Shown here: piece after piece, positions 1-11,057 of the stretch
Numbering within the stretch: the first letter of the stretch is position 1
Layout: every line of letters starts with the position of its first letter
From: Okeania sp.
GTDB lineage: Bacteria > Cyanobacteriota > Cyanobacteriia > Cyanobacteriales > Microcoleaceae
DNA length: 32,000 nt
Assembly (NCBI RefSeq): GCF_035285525.1
Contig: NZ_JAYKGW010000162.1
Coordinates: 30,001-62,000, forward strand
Reading direction: 5' to 3'
Program-made: the position numbers and the translations under genes
Notes under the pieces: generated by a model
What the model was told of the DNA's origin: nothing
Seen by the model: only the letters and a program-made list of their open reading frames with translations
Database searches by the model: none

Positions 1-61
1 CCGCCCCCACATCTAGGGTTTTTCATCAACCCGCCCCCCACATCTAGGGTTTTTCATCAAT
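1..61. repeat. tandem 30/31-bp direct repeat at the window edge
   Basis: The sequence ccgccccc(c)acatctagggtttttcatcaa occurs twice. It belongs to the AAACCCGCCCC repeat family and may continue upstream of the window. Confidence 0.8.
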
Positions 62-701
62 CCGCCCGCCAGATTTTGAGGTTTGACACAAGAGGGCGGG
101 TTTAGTTAAATTTGGGCTGAAGCCAAGAAATGTCTAATGAAACCCGCCCCTACGATAAATTAATTATCAATTATTCATTGCTTAGAGCCAGAGAGAATCT
201 AGAAACCCGGTTTCTTCAAAAAACCGGGTTTCTACCTCCCGCGTAAGTCATAAATGTCATTCTAGCGATCGCCTTTTTAGTTATCAGTTATTAGCGTCAA
301 CTTTTTATCATACCATTTATGTTTGGTTTAGAAATGAGGTTTAACACCCCTTATTTCCCGAAAGGGTTACTGGCCATTTACCCCTTCATTTTTCGTAATC
401 ATTATCTTTAAGAAATATGGAGAATATAATTGGGTTTTACTGAAATAAATTACAGTATAGGAATATACAGAAAGAACAGCATAGATGTAGGTTGGGTTTT
501 GTTCCTAAACCAAACAAAAATTTTACTCTCCTACAAAAAGTAGCGATCGCCTAACTTCTGAGTTGCTCAAGGCGGTACGTTAGATTTCATTTTATTGTTG
601 GGTTACTCTTGCGGAGAAGCAAGCTACGTTCCCTCAACCCAATCTACGTTTACGGATCAATTAATTATTAATTATCCATTATCCATTATTAATTATCCAA
701 A

Positions 702-1622
702 ATGACTTTATTTACTCGCGAAGAAGTTATTGCCGAATTAAAAGATAGTAAATCTTTTCATCAAGCGGAATTAAGTGTTATTAATTTAGAAGCACTTAAT
801 TTAGATAAAGCCGATTTTTCGGAAGCTTATTTAAGACGGGCAAATTTCTCAAATACTTCCTGTCAAGGCACAGATTTTTCCGGAGCATTTTTGATTTTTG
901 CTAATTTATCTAATGCTAATTTATCTCAATCTAAATTGTGCATGGCAGAACTAAATGCTGCTGATTTAGACAGTCTAAATATCCAAGAATCTGATGCTAC
1001 AAAAGTCAATCTTTTTGGGGCAAAATTGAATAAATTAGAAGGTTCATCAGCGGTCTTAAAAAAAGCGGATTTAAGAGCAGCAACTGGCACATTTATGAAC
1101 TTAAATAGTGCTAATTTATCAGCAGCAATGTTAGATGGAATTGATTTTTCAGAAGTTGATTTAAACAATGCTAATTTATCTAAAGCCAGTGGATATGCTG
1201 CTAAATTGAGGAAAATAGCAGGGAAAAGAATTGAATTAGAAAAAGCAAATTTTAGAGGTGCTTGTTTTATAGATGCGGATTTAAGTGGAGCAAATTTATT
1301 AGCTGCTGATTTTACAGGTTGCCATTTAATTTCTACAAATTTGCAGGGAGCAGAATTATTAGAAGTTACTTTAAAACAAGCAAAATTAGAAAATGTAGAC
1401 TTGACAAATGCTAGTTTATTTGCTGCTAATTTAGAGGGTGCAAGTTTATCTCAAGTAAATTTAACTAACTCTAATTTACAGGATGCTAATTTAGAAAATA
1501 CAATTTGGGAGGAGGTAAATTTTGATAATTGTAATGTTATGGGTGCAGTTTTTACTAATGCTCGTGGATTAACAAAAGAACAAACAAAATGGTTGCACAA
1601 AAATGGCGCTTTAAATGTTTAG
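702..1622 (+). CDS. pentapeptide repeat-containing protein
   Basis: 306-aa ORF. The translation is almost entirely tandem A(D/N)LxX-type five-residue units, e.g. ANLSNANLSQSKL, ADLSGANLLAADFTG, ANLEGASLSQVNLTNSNLQDANLEN. Confidence 0.85.
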   Translation: MTLFTREEVIAELKDSKSFHQAELSVINLEALNLDKADFSEAYLRRANFSNTSCQGTDFSGAFLIFANLSNANLSQSKLCMAELNAADLDSLNIQESDATKVNLFGAKLNKLEGSSAVLKKADLRAATGTFMNLNSANLSAAMLDGIDFSEVDLNNANLSKASGYAAKLRKIAGKRIELEKANFRGACFIDADLSGANLLAADFTGCHLISTNLQGAELLEVTLKQAKLENVDLTNASLFAANLEGASLSQVNLTNSNLQDANLENTIWEEVNFDNCNVMGAVFTNARGLTKEQTKWLHKNGALNV

Positions 1623-1752
1623 GAAATAGGTAACACAACCTTCCAGGTTGTTACAGCCTGGAAGGCTGTGTGACAAAGATTATTGCAGTGCGGGTATCTT
1701 GTCTGCGATGAGTCTACCTAATAATATAGGCAGTAATAGTAGTGGAATAAAT

Positions 1753-1849
1753 GTAGGTTGGGTTGAGGAACGAAACCCAACAAAAATTGTGTTCCCTGCT
1801 CCCCAACGCTAAGGCGTTCATGTCGCGTTAGCGAAACAACCCAACCTAC
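1753..1849. mobile_element. MITE-like element, GTAGGTTGGGTTG ... CAACCCAACCTAC family
   Basis: It is 97 bp with termini gtaggttgggttgaggaacgaaacccaac ... gaaacaacccaacctac. Half-copies lie at 486-515, 598-650, 1978-2016, 2042-2078 and 22105-22140, and a full copy at 7139-7235. Confidence 0.55.
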
Positions 1850-2097
1850 GCCTAAATTATTTAATTATTCGGTAAAAATATCGCAGTGCGGGCATCTTGC
1901 CCGCGATGAGTTTACCTCATAATATACGATTATTTCAATTATTCATTAGTAATTATTGATTATTCATTCGTAATGTTTTGTTGGGTTTCGTTGCCTCAAC
2001 CCAACCTACGATTATTTCAATTATTTATGATTCATTCGTAATGTTTTGTTGGGTTTCGTTCCTCAACCCAACCTACGATTATTTCAATTATTAATTA

Positions 2098-3357
2098 TTA
2101 ATTATTCATTGCCAAAACAGCGCTACCAAAAGCTGCATCTGTATAAACAGCTTTCATTGTCGGTACTCCTAAATACCGTTCCCTAATCGCGGTAAAAGTA
2201 GGATTTTTCGCACCACCTCCAGCAGTATAAACTTTTGTGAGGGGAGCTGCGCCTAATGCTTGCAACAGTTCATAACCTCGTAATTCTATTTTGGCAATAC
2301 CTTCCAGCAAACCATGAAGAAATATGGTAGAATTTTCGGGTCTCGGTGCTAATCGTGGTAATAATTCTGGATTATTAATCGGAAAGCGATCGCCTTTCTG
2401 CAACAAAGGATAATAATCTAATCCACTTTCCACATTGGAATCTATTTGCTTACTGAAATTTTCTAACTCAAAGTCACTAAAAAAATGTCGCAAAACCGCA
2501 CCCCCGGTATTAGAAGCACCACCGACTAACCAGAGGTTTCCCAGACGATGACTGTAAATGCCATATTGAGCACTATCAACTCTAGTAGGACTCAAAAGTT
2601 TTAATACTAGAGTTGAACCCAAAGAAGTTACAGCTTCTCCGGGAGTATTAGCACCACTGGCAATGAAAGCAGCAATACTGTCTGTTGTACCCCCACGCAC
2701 CAGACATTGAGGAGAGAGACTAAAATTATTAACTATTTCTGTTGTAACATTTCCGACAGTTGCACCAGGAATAACTACTTCTGGTAACTGGATATTTTTC
2801 CCAACTTCAGAATTAATAAAATTAGTCAACCAGTCTGGGTAAGATAAATCACCAACATCATAACCTAACTTCAAAACATTATTATAGTCGCTCACTCCTA
2901 ATTTTCCATGAAGCAAAAACCCTAACCAGTCTGCTTGATGTAAAAAATAATAAGTTTGATTTGACAGAGAAATGTTTTCAGTCAACCATAATAATTTTGC
3001 GAAACTAGAAGTCGCACTAATCACAGGATGATTAGGAGGAGCAATACTTTTTAACTTATCCATGATTGCCACTCCTCTACTGTCGTTGTAAAGCAGTGCT
3101 TCCGTCACAGGTTTACCATAACTATTGCACAATAGTACAGTTGCCGAAGTACCATCAATAGCGATCGCTCTAATTTCTTGCCTGATGTTTTCAGGAATAT
3201 CAGAAATCAGGCTAAATAGAGCATTTTGCCAAACATGAGGCAACTTATTTTCTTCAGCATTTTGCCAAACATATTTTGCTTGCGCTTTCACTTGCAGATT
3301 GGAGTCAATCACTACAGCACGCGCTCCCGATGTGCCAAAATCAAGCCCTAAATACAT
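2098..3357 (-). CDS. FGGY-family carbohydrate kinase (xylulokinase/ribulokinase-like)
   Basis: 419-aa ORF. It has an N-terminal LGLDFGTSGARAVV actin-fold phosphate motif and a C-terminal TAGGGAKNPTF motif, both typical of FGGY sugar kinases. The substrate cannot be assigned from sequence alone. Confidence 0.8.
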   Translation of the reverse strand: MYLGLDFGTSGARAVVIDSNLQVKAQAKYVWQNAEENKLPHVWQNALFSLISDIPENIRQEIRAIAIDGTSATVLLCNSYGKPVTEALLYNDSRGVAIMDKLKSIAPPNHPVISATSSFAKLLWLTENISLSNQTYYFLHQADWLGFLLHGKLGVSDYNNVLKLGYDVGDLSYPDWLTNFINSEVGKNIQLPEVVIPGATVGNVTTEIVNNFSLSPQCLVRGGTTDSIAAFIASGANTPGEAVTSLGSTLVLKLLSPTRVDSAQYGIYSHRLGNLWLVGGASNTGGAVLRHFFSDFELENFSKQIDSNVESGLDYYPLLQKGDRFPINNPELLPRLAPRPENSTIFLHGLLEGIAKIELRGYELLQALGAAPLTKVYTAGGGAKNPTFTAIRERYLGVPTMKAVYTDAAFGSAVLAMNN

Positions 3358-3397
3358 AATGGATAATTAATAATTAATAATTGATAATGAATAGTTC

Positions 3398-3498
3398 AGG
3401 ACTTACGCAGATGAACCCAGAAACCCGGTTTCTCCTAAACTTCTATTGCTCAAAACCAGGATTTATCCTAGAAACCGGGTTCCTCTCGTGTAAGTCCT
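3398..3498. mobile_element. MITE-like element, AGGACTTACGC terminal-inverted-repeat family
   Basis: It is 101 bp with termini aggacttacgcag ... ctcgtgtaagtcct and internal gaaacccggtttc palindromes. It is homologous to 26279-26380. Confidence 0.6.
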
Positions 3499-3571
3499 AT
3501 AATTAATAATAGACATCTTCAGAAATGAAAAATCAAGTCAATTATCGTACATAAATTATCAATTCTTTCTT

Positions 3572-3634
3572 CCTATTGCCTATTGCCTCTATCGCCCATT
3601 GCCCATTTTCCATTGCCCATTGCCTATTCCCTAC
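3572..3634. repeat. STRR-like heptamer run (CCTATTG / CCCATTG variants, 9 units)
   Basis: The run reads cctattg cctattg cctctat cgcccat tgcccat tttccat tgcccat tgcctat tccctac. Confidence 0.85.
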
Positions 3635-3768
3635 CTTCGCTATTAACACATAGTTGAATAAATGTCAAAATAAATTTTGTCGTATTAACACTCATTGATG
3701 AAGATTTGCAAAATTTTGTAATATCAGTTAAAGTAACTTAGATTACAGAATATAGAGGAAATAACTGA

Positions 3769-5046
<1,278 letters not shown>

Positions 5047-5196
5047 TAATATCTAGCACTCAGCTATTAGCTATCAACATTTTAGTTGAGTTTTAGTAAT
5101 TTATGCTGTAGGGGTTTGGAAACCAAGCCCCTATAGTTGTTAATTTACTCAAAGAAAATTTATCTGAAATAATAGAGTTGTTGGGAAATAAAAACT

Positions 5197-5280
5197 GGAC
5201 TTACGGATGGACGCTATTAGTAGCGTTAGCGGTAGCGGAACGCACCAAGGCACTATATGTAGAGCCTTTGCGTAAGTCCT
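5197..5280. mobile_element. MITE-like element, GGACTTACG family, nested inside another inverted-repeat element (5173-5404)
   Basis: Termini are ggacttacgg ... tgcgtaagtcc. The enclosing inverted repeat is agttgttgggaa / ttcccaacaact. Confidence 0.55.
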
Positions 5281-5414
5281 GAAAATTTAAAACGCTCAAA
5301 GGCTTATTATATAAAGCTTTCAGGATTTTAAAATTAAAAAACCGCTATAAACTTTGACTGATAGGGGTTTTAGCTATTTTTTTTGCTCAATTCCCAACAA
5401 CTATAATAATAACA

Positions 5415-5745
5415 AGACTTACACGGGAGGCGCTAGATATGGAGTATTGGTGTATTACGCTACCGCTAACACACCCTACTGGACTGGACTGTTTCATCTA
5501 AAATAGTGCAATAGTAGGGGCGGGTTTATGCGACAATTTTGATACTACTCTAAGATTTATACAAACCCGCCCCTGAGATGGTGGCTTATATCACTGGGGG
5601 CGGGTTTATCTAACTGACTTGGAAAACTCGTTGTACGGACGTTGCATGCAACGTCCCTACGGTGAAACCCGCCCCTAGGGCGTCTTACTAATGCACTATT
5701 TTAGGCGAAACAATCCACTACCAATAGCGTTCGTGCGTAAGTCCT
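5415..5745. mobile_element. composite nested MITE (three to four levels)
   Basis: The outer termini are agacttacacg ... cgtgcgtaagtcct. Inside lies the inverted pair ctgtttcatctaaaatagtgca / tgcactattttaggcgaaacaa. Within that are two GGGGCGGGTTT...AAACCCGCCCC hairpins and the palindrome gtacggacgttgcatgcaacgtccctac (5633-5660). Confidence 0.6.
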
Positions 5746-5766
5746 AAATAATATAGATATAAATTA

Positions 5767-6393
5767 GTGGCTAAATTATCTGTAGAATTAGAACGATATT
5801 TTTTTGATGAAAAATGTCCTCCTAAAGTAGCTTTAGGAGACATTATTGATTTGGCAGGAGAGAGAATTTTTGGCTTTTTATTCGTAATTTTATCTCTACC
5901 TTCAGCTTTGCCTGTTCCTGCTCCTGGTTATTCTATTCCTTTTGGAATTTTATTACTTTTATTGGCAGTTCAATTAATAGTTGGTTCTAAAACTCCGTGG
6001 TTACCTCAGAGTTGGTTAAATCATTCAATTTCTCTGGAGAAAGTACAAGGAATTTTAAAGTCTGGCATTCCTTGGTTAAAGAAAATTGAGTTGATATCTC
6101 GTCCTCGATTAAGTTATATTTGTACAAGTTCTGTAGGTAGAATAGTTATAGGTGGCGCGATCGCTCTAATGTCTATTTCGATGATGATTCCGATTCCTGG
6201 TACTAATACTTTACCAGCGATAGGAATTTTTGTGACTGGTTTTGGTTTATTGGATGATGATGGTGCTATTAGTTTGAGCGGGTTGGTTCTTTGTGTAATG
6301 GGGGCGACTTTAAGCAGTCTAATAGTGATTTTTGGTTATGAAGTTGTTAAGGGTGGAATCGAGTTCATTAAAAATTCTTTAACAGGTGGTTAG
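5767..6393 (+). CDS. ExoD-like (exopolysaccharide synthesis) membrane protein
   Basis: 208-aa ORF with a GTG start. A short soluble N-terminus is followed by several hydrophobic segments (FGFLFVILSLPSALPVPAPGYSIPFGILLLLLAVQLIV, IVIGGAIALMSISMMIPIPG, AIGIFVTGFGLL). Size and layout resemble the ExoD family. The assignment is from memory of the family pattern. Confidence 0.6.
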   Translation: MAKLSVELERYFFDEKCPPKVALGDIIDLAGERIFGFLFVILSLPSALPVPAPGYSIPFGILLLLLAVQLIVGSKTPWLPQSWLNHSISLEKVQGILKSGIPWLKKIELISRPRLSYICTSSVGRIVIGGAIALMSISMMIPIPGTNTLPAIGIFVTGFGLLDDDGAISLSGLVLCVMGATLSSLIVIFGYEVVKGGIEFIKNSLTGG

Positions 6394-6502
6394 GAGCAAA
6401 TTAAAATTCAAAATTCAAAAGTCAGAAGTCAAAGGTTAAATTGATCTATATCTTAACTTTACAGCATATTTTGGAGAAATAAGGTACAAAGCGTAAATGG
6501 TT

Positions 6503-7332
6503 AGGACTTAGGGATGAACGCTACTGGTAGTAGACTATTTCATTTTAAATGGTGCATTAGGAAGGCAGCTTAGGGGCGGGTTTATATAAATCTGGGAGTC
6601 ACCATGAAAATTCTGGCTAAAACCCGCCCCTACTAGGGCGGGTTTATATAAATCTGGGAGTCACCATGAAAATTCTGGCTAAAACCCGCCCCTACTAAGG
6701 CGTGTCATTAATTAAGGAAGTTGACAAAATGACTATTGTGTGTTCATCTCCTGTACCTAGCCCTACTTTTCGGTTCAATAGTGCCGTGGCGCATCTTCAA
6801 TGGTATCAGCGGTAGGGGCGGGTTTCTCAGTTAAATTAACGGTTTTTACCTAAATTGAAGTAAACCCGCCCCCAATGATTATAATGCACACTTTACGAGC
6901 AAGGGTGTTAGTCCAATATGTTTCTTTGGCCCACAAAACTTCGTTCCGTCTATCTATATCTAATTGATGACACACCCTAATGCACAGTTTTAGATGAAAC
7001 GGTCTAGTAGTGGACCGACACAGCCAAAATGGTGCATTAGGATTCAGCGATAACCCTTATATGTCAAAGCTTTCACCTAAAATCTATTGCACTAAATTAT
7101 TTGTGTCGGTCTAGTAGTGGACTGACACGCCTAAAAATGTAGGTTGGGTTGAACGGCAGTGAAACCCAACAAAACCTTGTTAATGTTGGGTTTCGTTCCT
7201 TGCTCCGCAACCCTAACGGGAACAACCCAACCTACGTCTAATGCACCATTTTAGATGAAACGGTCTAGTAGAATGTGTTAGCGGTAGCGTAACTGAGCAA
7301 GAATCTATATATAGTACCTGTGCGTAAGTCCT
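6503..7332. mobile_element. composite nested MITE cluster (about 830 bp)
   Basis: The outer termini are aggacttaggg ... tgtgcgtaagtcct. Inside are duplicated GCGGGTTT hairpins, an inverted pair gcgtgtcattaattaag / ctaattgatgacacacc, repeats of tgcattag/ctaatgca arms and a CCCAACCTAC-family element at 7139-7235. Confidence 0.55.
6571..6695. repeat. tandem duplication (63 + 62 bp) of a GGGGCGGGTTT...AAACCCGCCCC hairpin element
   Basis: The sequence taggggcgggtttatataaatctgggagtcaccatgaaaattctggctaaaacccgcccctac occurs twice in tandem, the second copy lacking one G. Confidence 0.9.
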
Positions 7333-7584
7333 GATGGTAAAATTATTGTAGTGCGGGCATCTTGCCCGCGAAAAATAGTACATAGTACCTCATAACATAA
7401 AAAAATAATAACCCTGTAGAGACCTTCCATGGAAGGTCCCTACTTTGTGGTTTGATCAAATGAAAAGCTCTGTAATATCAAATCCGCTTAATTCGGTAGA
7501 AAAAAATGTTCTATTTTCAAGCATTACCAAAGCTCCCCATACTTCCCAAACCCTATTTATAATTGCTATACTCATAATATTTTT

Positions 7585-7636
7585 CTTAAAAAACTTTTAA
7601 CCAAATGATAATTTATCTTTTAATATCACTTAACTA
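7585..7636 (+). promoter_or_regulatory. putative Pho-box array (SphR/PhoB-type)
   Basis: Five 8-mers sit in strict 11-bp register: CTTAAAAA, TTTAACCA, GATAATTT, TTTTAATA, CTTAACTA. Two match PyTTAAPyPy(T/A) 8/8 and the other three match 6/8. The array lies 54-105 bp upstream of the nucleotidase ATG. Confidence 0.35.
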
Positions 7637-7689
7637 TTGGGAGATATCCTGTTCTCAGAAAAATATGGAAATTTCCCAAATAGAACAAT

Positions 7690-10212
7690 ATGCCAGAAAT
7701 TCAACTACAAATACTTCATGCTGCTGACCAAGAAGGCGGTATACCAGCAATACAAGATGCTGTTAACTTTTCAGCAGTTATGAACGGTTTAGAAAATGAT
7801 GGTAATTTTGAAAATACTTTAAGATTATCCTCTGGAGATATTTATATTCCCGGACCATTCTTTAATGCTAGCGCAGAAATTTATGGCGAACCAGGTATTG
7901 GTGATATTCTCATCAATAATGTTCTTGGGTTTCAAGCAGTTGCTTTTGGCAACCATGAATTTGATCTAGGAACAGGAACCATTGCTAACCTACTGGCAGC
8001 AAACCCTGAAATTACAGGACCTGGAATAGGTGAAGATGGTTTTGTTGGTACTCAGTTCCCCTTTCTCAGCACTAACCTTGATTTTAGTACAGATGAAAAT
8101 CTGGCTGGTTTTGTTGTACCAGATGGTGAAGCACCTGAACCAAATAGCATTGCAGGTAGCGTTGTTATAGAAATAGGTGGAGAACAAATAGGTATTGTCG
8201 GTGCAACCACCCCCAGTTTATCTGTGATTTCTTCTCCTGGTGATGTTGGTGTCACTCCTGGAAATAGTAGTGATATTACAGCTTTAGCTGGAATTATTCA
8301 AGAAACAGTAGATGAATTAATTGCTAACGATATTAACAAAATCATTCTGCTAGCACACATGCAGCAAATTAGCATTGAAGAAGAATTAGCAGAAATTCTC
8401 GAAGGTGTTGATATTATCATTGCTGGTGGTTCCAATACTCTCCTCGCAAGAGAAGATGATATTCTCAGAGATGGAGACAGTCGTCAGGGTCAATATCCTC
8501 TTGAATTTACATCTCCTAGCAATGAACCTGTATTAGTTGTTAATACTGACGGTAACTACAAATATGTGGGTCGCCTCATCGCTAACTTTGACGACAATGG
8601 TATTATTACTGCTTTCAACGAAGAATTAAGTGGTGCTTATGCTACTGATGATGCAGGAGTTGACCGAGTTTTTGGAGAAGATGTCGATCCAGCAGCAGAA
8701 GCTGACCCCGTAATAGTAGCTGTAACAGAAGCTATTAATGAGAATGTTGCTGATAGAGACAGCAATGTTTTCGGTGCAACAGATGTATTTATCAATGGTA
8801 CAAGAGGAAATGTCCGCACTGAAGAAACTAACTTAGGAAATCTAACAGCAGATGCAAATTTATTTGTTGCCAAACAATATGACCCTAATGTAGTAGTTTC
8901 TCTGAAAAATGGTGGCGGTATCCGCGATAACATTGGTCAGTCATTTATTCCTGCTGGTGGTACTTCTGATGATTTAGTACAGTTGCCTCCTGCTGGAAAT
9001 GATTTTAAAGCAGAAGGACAAATTTCTCAACTAGATATTGAGAATACCCTCCGTTTCAATAACGAGCTAAGTCTCCTCACAGTTACAGCAGAAGAATTAA
9101 AGCAAATTCTTGAGCATGGTGTAGCAGCAACAGCAGATGGCGCAACTCCCGGTCAGTTTCCACAAGTTGGTGGTCTTGCTTTCAGTTTTGACGCTACTCA
9201 ACAAGGAATAGAACTTACTGAAGATGCTGACGGAAATGTTACGGGTGTCGGAACTGATGGAGAGCGCATCAGAAGTCTGGCGATTAAAGATGAGAATGGA
9301 GCGATCGCTGATGTTATAGTTAGTAATGGTGAAATCGTCGGAAACCCAGACCGAGAAATTCGCCTAGTAACTCTCAACTTCCTTGCAGGTGGAGGAGATA
9401 GTTATCCTTTTGAACTATTTGGCGAAAATCGGGTTGACTTAGTAGGTGAAGATTTACCACCGGGTGCAACTAACAATGCTGACTTTGCTGCCAACGGTTC
9501 CGAACAAGATGCTCTCGCTGAGTTTTTAGCAGAAAATTTCCCTGCTGATGGCGATCCTAGTTTTACAATTGAAGATGTTCCTCCAGAGCAAGATCAACGA
9601 ATTCAAAATTTGTCTGCTCGCCAGGATACGGTCTTAACTATTCGAGGTACTGCTGATAATGGTCGTTTAGTTGGTAGTATTGATGAGGATACTATTATTG
9701 GTGGTCGCGGTAATGAGTTGATCTTTGGTCGAGATGGCGACGATCTATTACAAGGTCGCCTTGGTAATGACCATTTGTTGGGTGGTGCTGGTGACGATAC
9801 TCTCAGAGGTGGTCAAGGACGCGATCGCCTCAATAGCGGTCCTGGAGATGACGTCATGACTGGTGGCGCAAGCATTGACCGTTTCATCTTTAACACAAAT
9901 CAAGCTTACAGTCAAGAGGATTTAGGTCAAGATACTATTACTGATTTTAATCCAGATCAAGATATCATTCTTTTAGACAGAACAACTTTCACTACTATTG
10001 GGGATGGGGATAGTTTTGAGGATGTGTTTGCTACTGTCACCAATAATGGTGCTGCTCGTACCAGCGATGCTGTAATTGTTTACAATACTAATAACGGTAA
10101 TCTATTCTATAACCAGAATGGTAGTAATGGTGGTTTAGGTAGTGGTGGTTTATTCGTTACTCTGGAAGATGCACCCACACTTGACCCTGATAACTTTGTG
10201 TTCAGAGGGTAA
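7690..10212 (+). CDS. 5'-nucleotidase/metallophosphoesterase-family protein with C-terminal RTX (hemolysin-type Ca-binding) repeats
   Basis: 840-aa ORF with metallophosphoesterase motifs SSGDIYIPG, FGNHEFDLG and ILLAHMQ. A 5'-nucleotidase C-terminal-type region follows (TNLGNLTADA, NGGGIRD, LNFLAGGGDSYP). GGxGxD nonapeptide repeats occur at about aa 665-735 (GGRGNELIFGRDGDDLLQGRLGNDHLLGGAGDDTLRGGQGRDRLNSGPGDDVMTGG). There is no N-terminal signal peptide, which fits type I secretion. Confidence 0.8.
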   Translation: MPEIQLQILHAADQEGGIPAIQDAVNFSAVMNGLENDGNFENTLRLSSGDIYIPGPFFNASAEIYGEPGIGDILINNVLGFQAVAFGNHEFDLGTGTIANLLAANPEITGPGIGEDGFVGTQFPFLSTNLDFSTDENLAGFVVPDGEAPEPNSIAGSVVIEIGGEQIGIVGATTPSLSVISSPGDVGVTPGNSSDITALAGIIQETVDELIANDINKIILLAHMQQISIEEELAEILEGVDIIIAGGSNTLLAREDDILRDGDSRQGQYPLEFTSPSNEPVLVVNTDGNYKYVGRLIANFDDNGIITAFNEELSGAYATDDAGVDRVFGEDVDPAAEADPVIVAVTEAINENVADRDSNVFGATDVFINGTRGNVRTEETNLGNLTADANLFVAKQYDPNVVVSLKNGGGIRDNIGQSFIPAGGTSDDLVQLPPAGNDFKAEGQISQLDIENTLRFNNELSLLTVTAEELKQILEHGVAATADGATPGQFPQVGGLAFSFDATQQGIELTEDADGNVTGVGTDGERIRSLAIKDENGAIADVIVSNGEIVGNPDREIRLVTLNFLAGGGDSYPFELFGENRVDLVGEDLPPGATNNADFAANGSEQDALAEFLAENFPADGDPSFTIEDVPPEQDQRIQNLSARQDTVLTIRGTADNGRLVGSIDEDTIIGGRGNELIFGRDGDDLLQGRLGNDHLLGGAGDDTLRGGQGRDRLNSGPGDDVMTGGASIDRFIFNTNQAYSQEDLGQDTITDFNPDQDIILLDRTTFTTIGDGDSFEDVFATVTNNGAARTSDAVIVYNTNNGNLFYNQNGSNGGLGSGGLFVTLEDAPTLDPDNFVFRG

Positions 10213-10287
10213 GAAAATGGGGAGATGAAGAGATGGTGAATATGGAGCTATTTTTCTACCTTTTTCCCTATTAGACATCTCCAGAAC

Positions 10288-10398
10288 AGGACTTACGCAT
10301 GAACAAAATCTTGGCGTTTGAGATTGCTTTCCTCCGGAATGCTCCGCAAACGCACCTCGTGAGCAATGACAGAAATAGGTTGCGCGTGCGTAAGTCCT
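10288..10398. mobile_element. MITE-like element, AGGACTTACGC family (gagattgc...gagcaatgacagaaata subtype)
   Basis: It is 111 bp with termini aggacttacgcat ... gcgtgcgtaagtcct. Confidence 0.6.
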
Positions 10399-10495
10399 AC
10401 AGAAATAAAAAATAGAATCAATTCTTATCTATAAATCATCAATTACTTCTCCCTATTCCCTGATTTGGAGGAGATGTCTATTGTATTTATCAATC

Positions 10496-10588
10496 AGGAC
10501 TTACGCATTAGAAACCAATTTTGGTCATTTGAGATTGCTTTGCACCTCGTGAGCAATGACAGAAATATGTTGCGCGTGCGTAAGTCCT
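10496..10588. mobile_element. MITE-like element, same subtype as 10288-10398 with an internal deletion
   Basis: It is 93 bp with termini aggacttacgcat ... gcgtgcgtaagtcct and the shared core tttgagattgcttt...cacctcgtgagcaatgacagaaata. Confidence 0.6.
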
Positions 10589-11057
10589 GACTTTGAGCTG
10601 TTGGACACCTCCTGCAATTTGTAAATATTAAGTGCGCACATTGCTATATATGAAGCGGAGCGTTGGGCTAGTAAATGGCGATTTGTCCATACAGGTGGTA
10701 TATAATTTCATTTTTTTTGCTCAAGTACCAATCTTTTTAAAAAATAGACAACTTAATTTTTTCTCTTCCAGAAGAATATTGAATTAGATTATTAAAAAGT
10801 AATCTTTTACTATGACTATCTCATAGTTTTTCCTCCCCTCTTTCAAAGCTATGCTTGATAAACATCTTTCTTCAGATAAAACTTAGAGATTAGAGAGAAA
10901 TTATGTATCGATTATTAAATGGGTATTGCCGGAGAATAAACGTATTTAATCAGCAAATTTTCATAATCAATTATTAACTATTTATTATTAATTATTGAAA
11001 TCCCTCAAAAGAATTTTCAGTGGTTCCACTTATCAACTACCAAATTATAAAGTTTAT

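Noticed and set aside
3499-3768. SAH riboswitch or other leader upstream of ahcY.
   Set aside because: The region is occupied by a MITE end and a heptamer run. I can see no conserved pseudoknot-forming SAH element. Only a plausible sigma70-type promoter is present (ttgatg-N18-taatat near 3696-3725).
10900-10975. Short ORFs in the large gaps: 24 aa MYRLLNGYCRRINVFNQQIFIINY at about 10902, 28 aa MTRQKYYKTDCVVCIFADNFYDDYHAKL at about 12935, and 19 aa at about 26571.
   Set aside because: They have no convincing SD sequences, lie in AT-rich repeat sequence, and cannot be assessed for conservation here. They are not supportable as genes.
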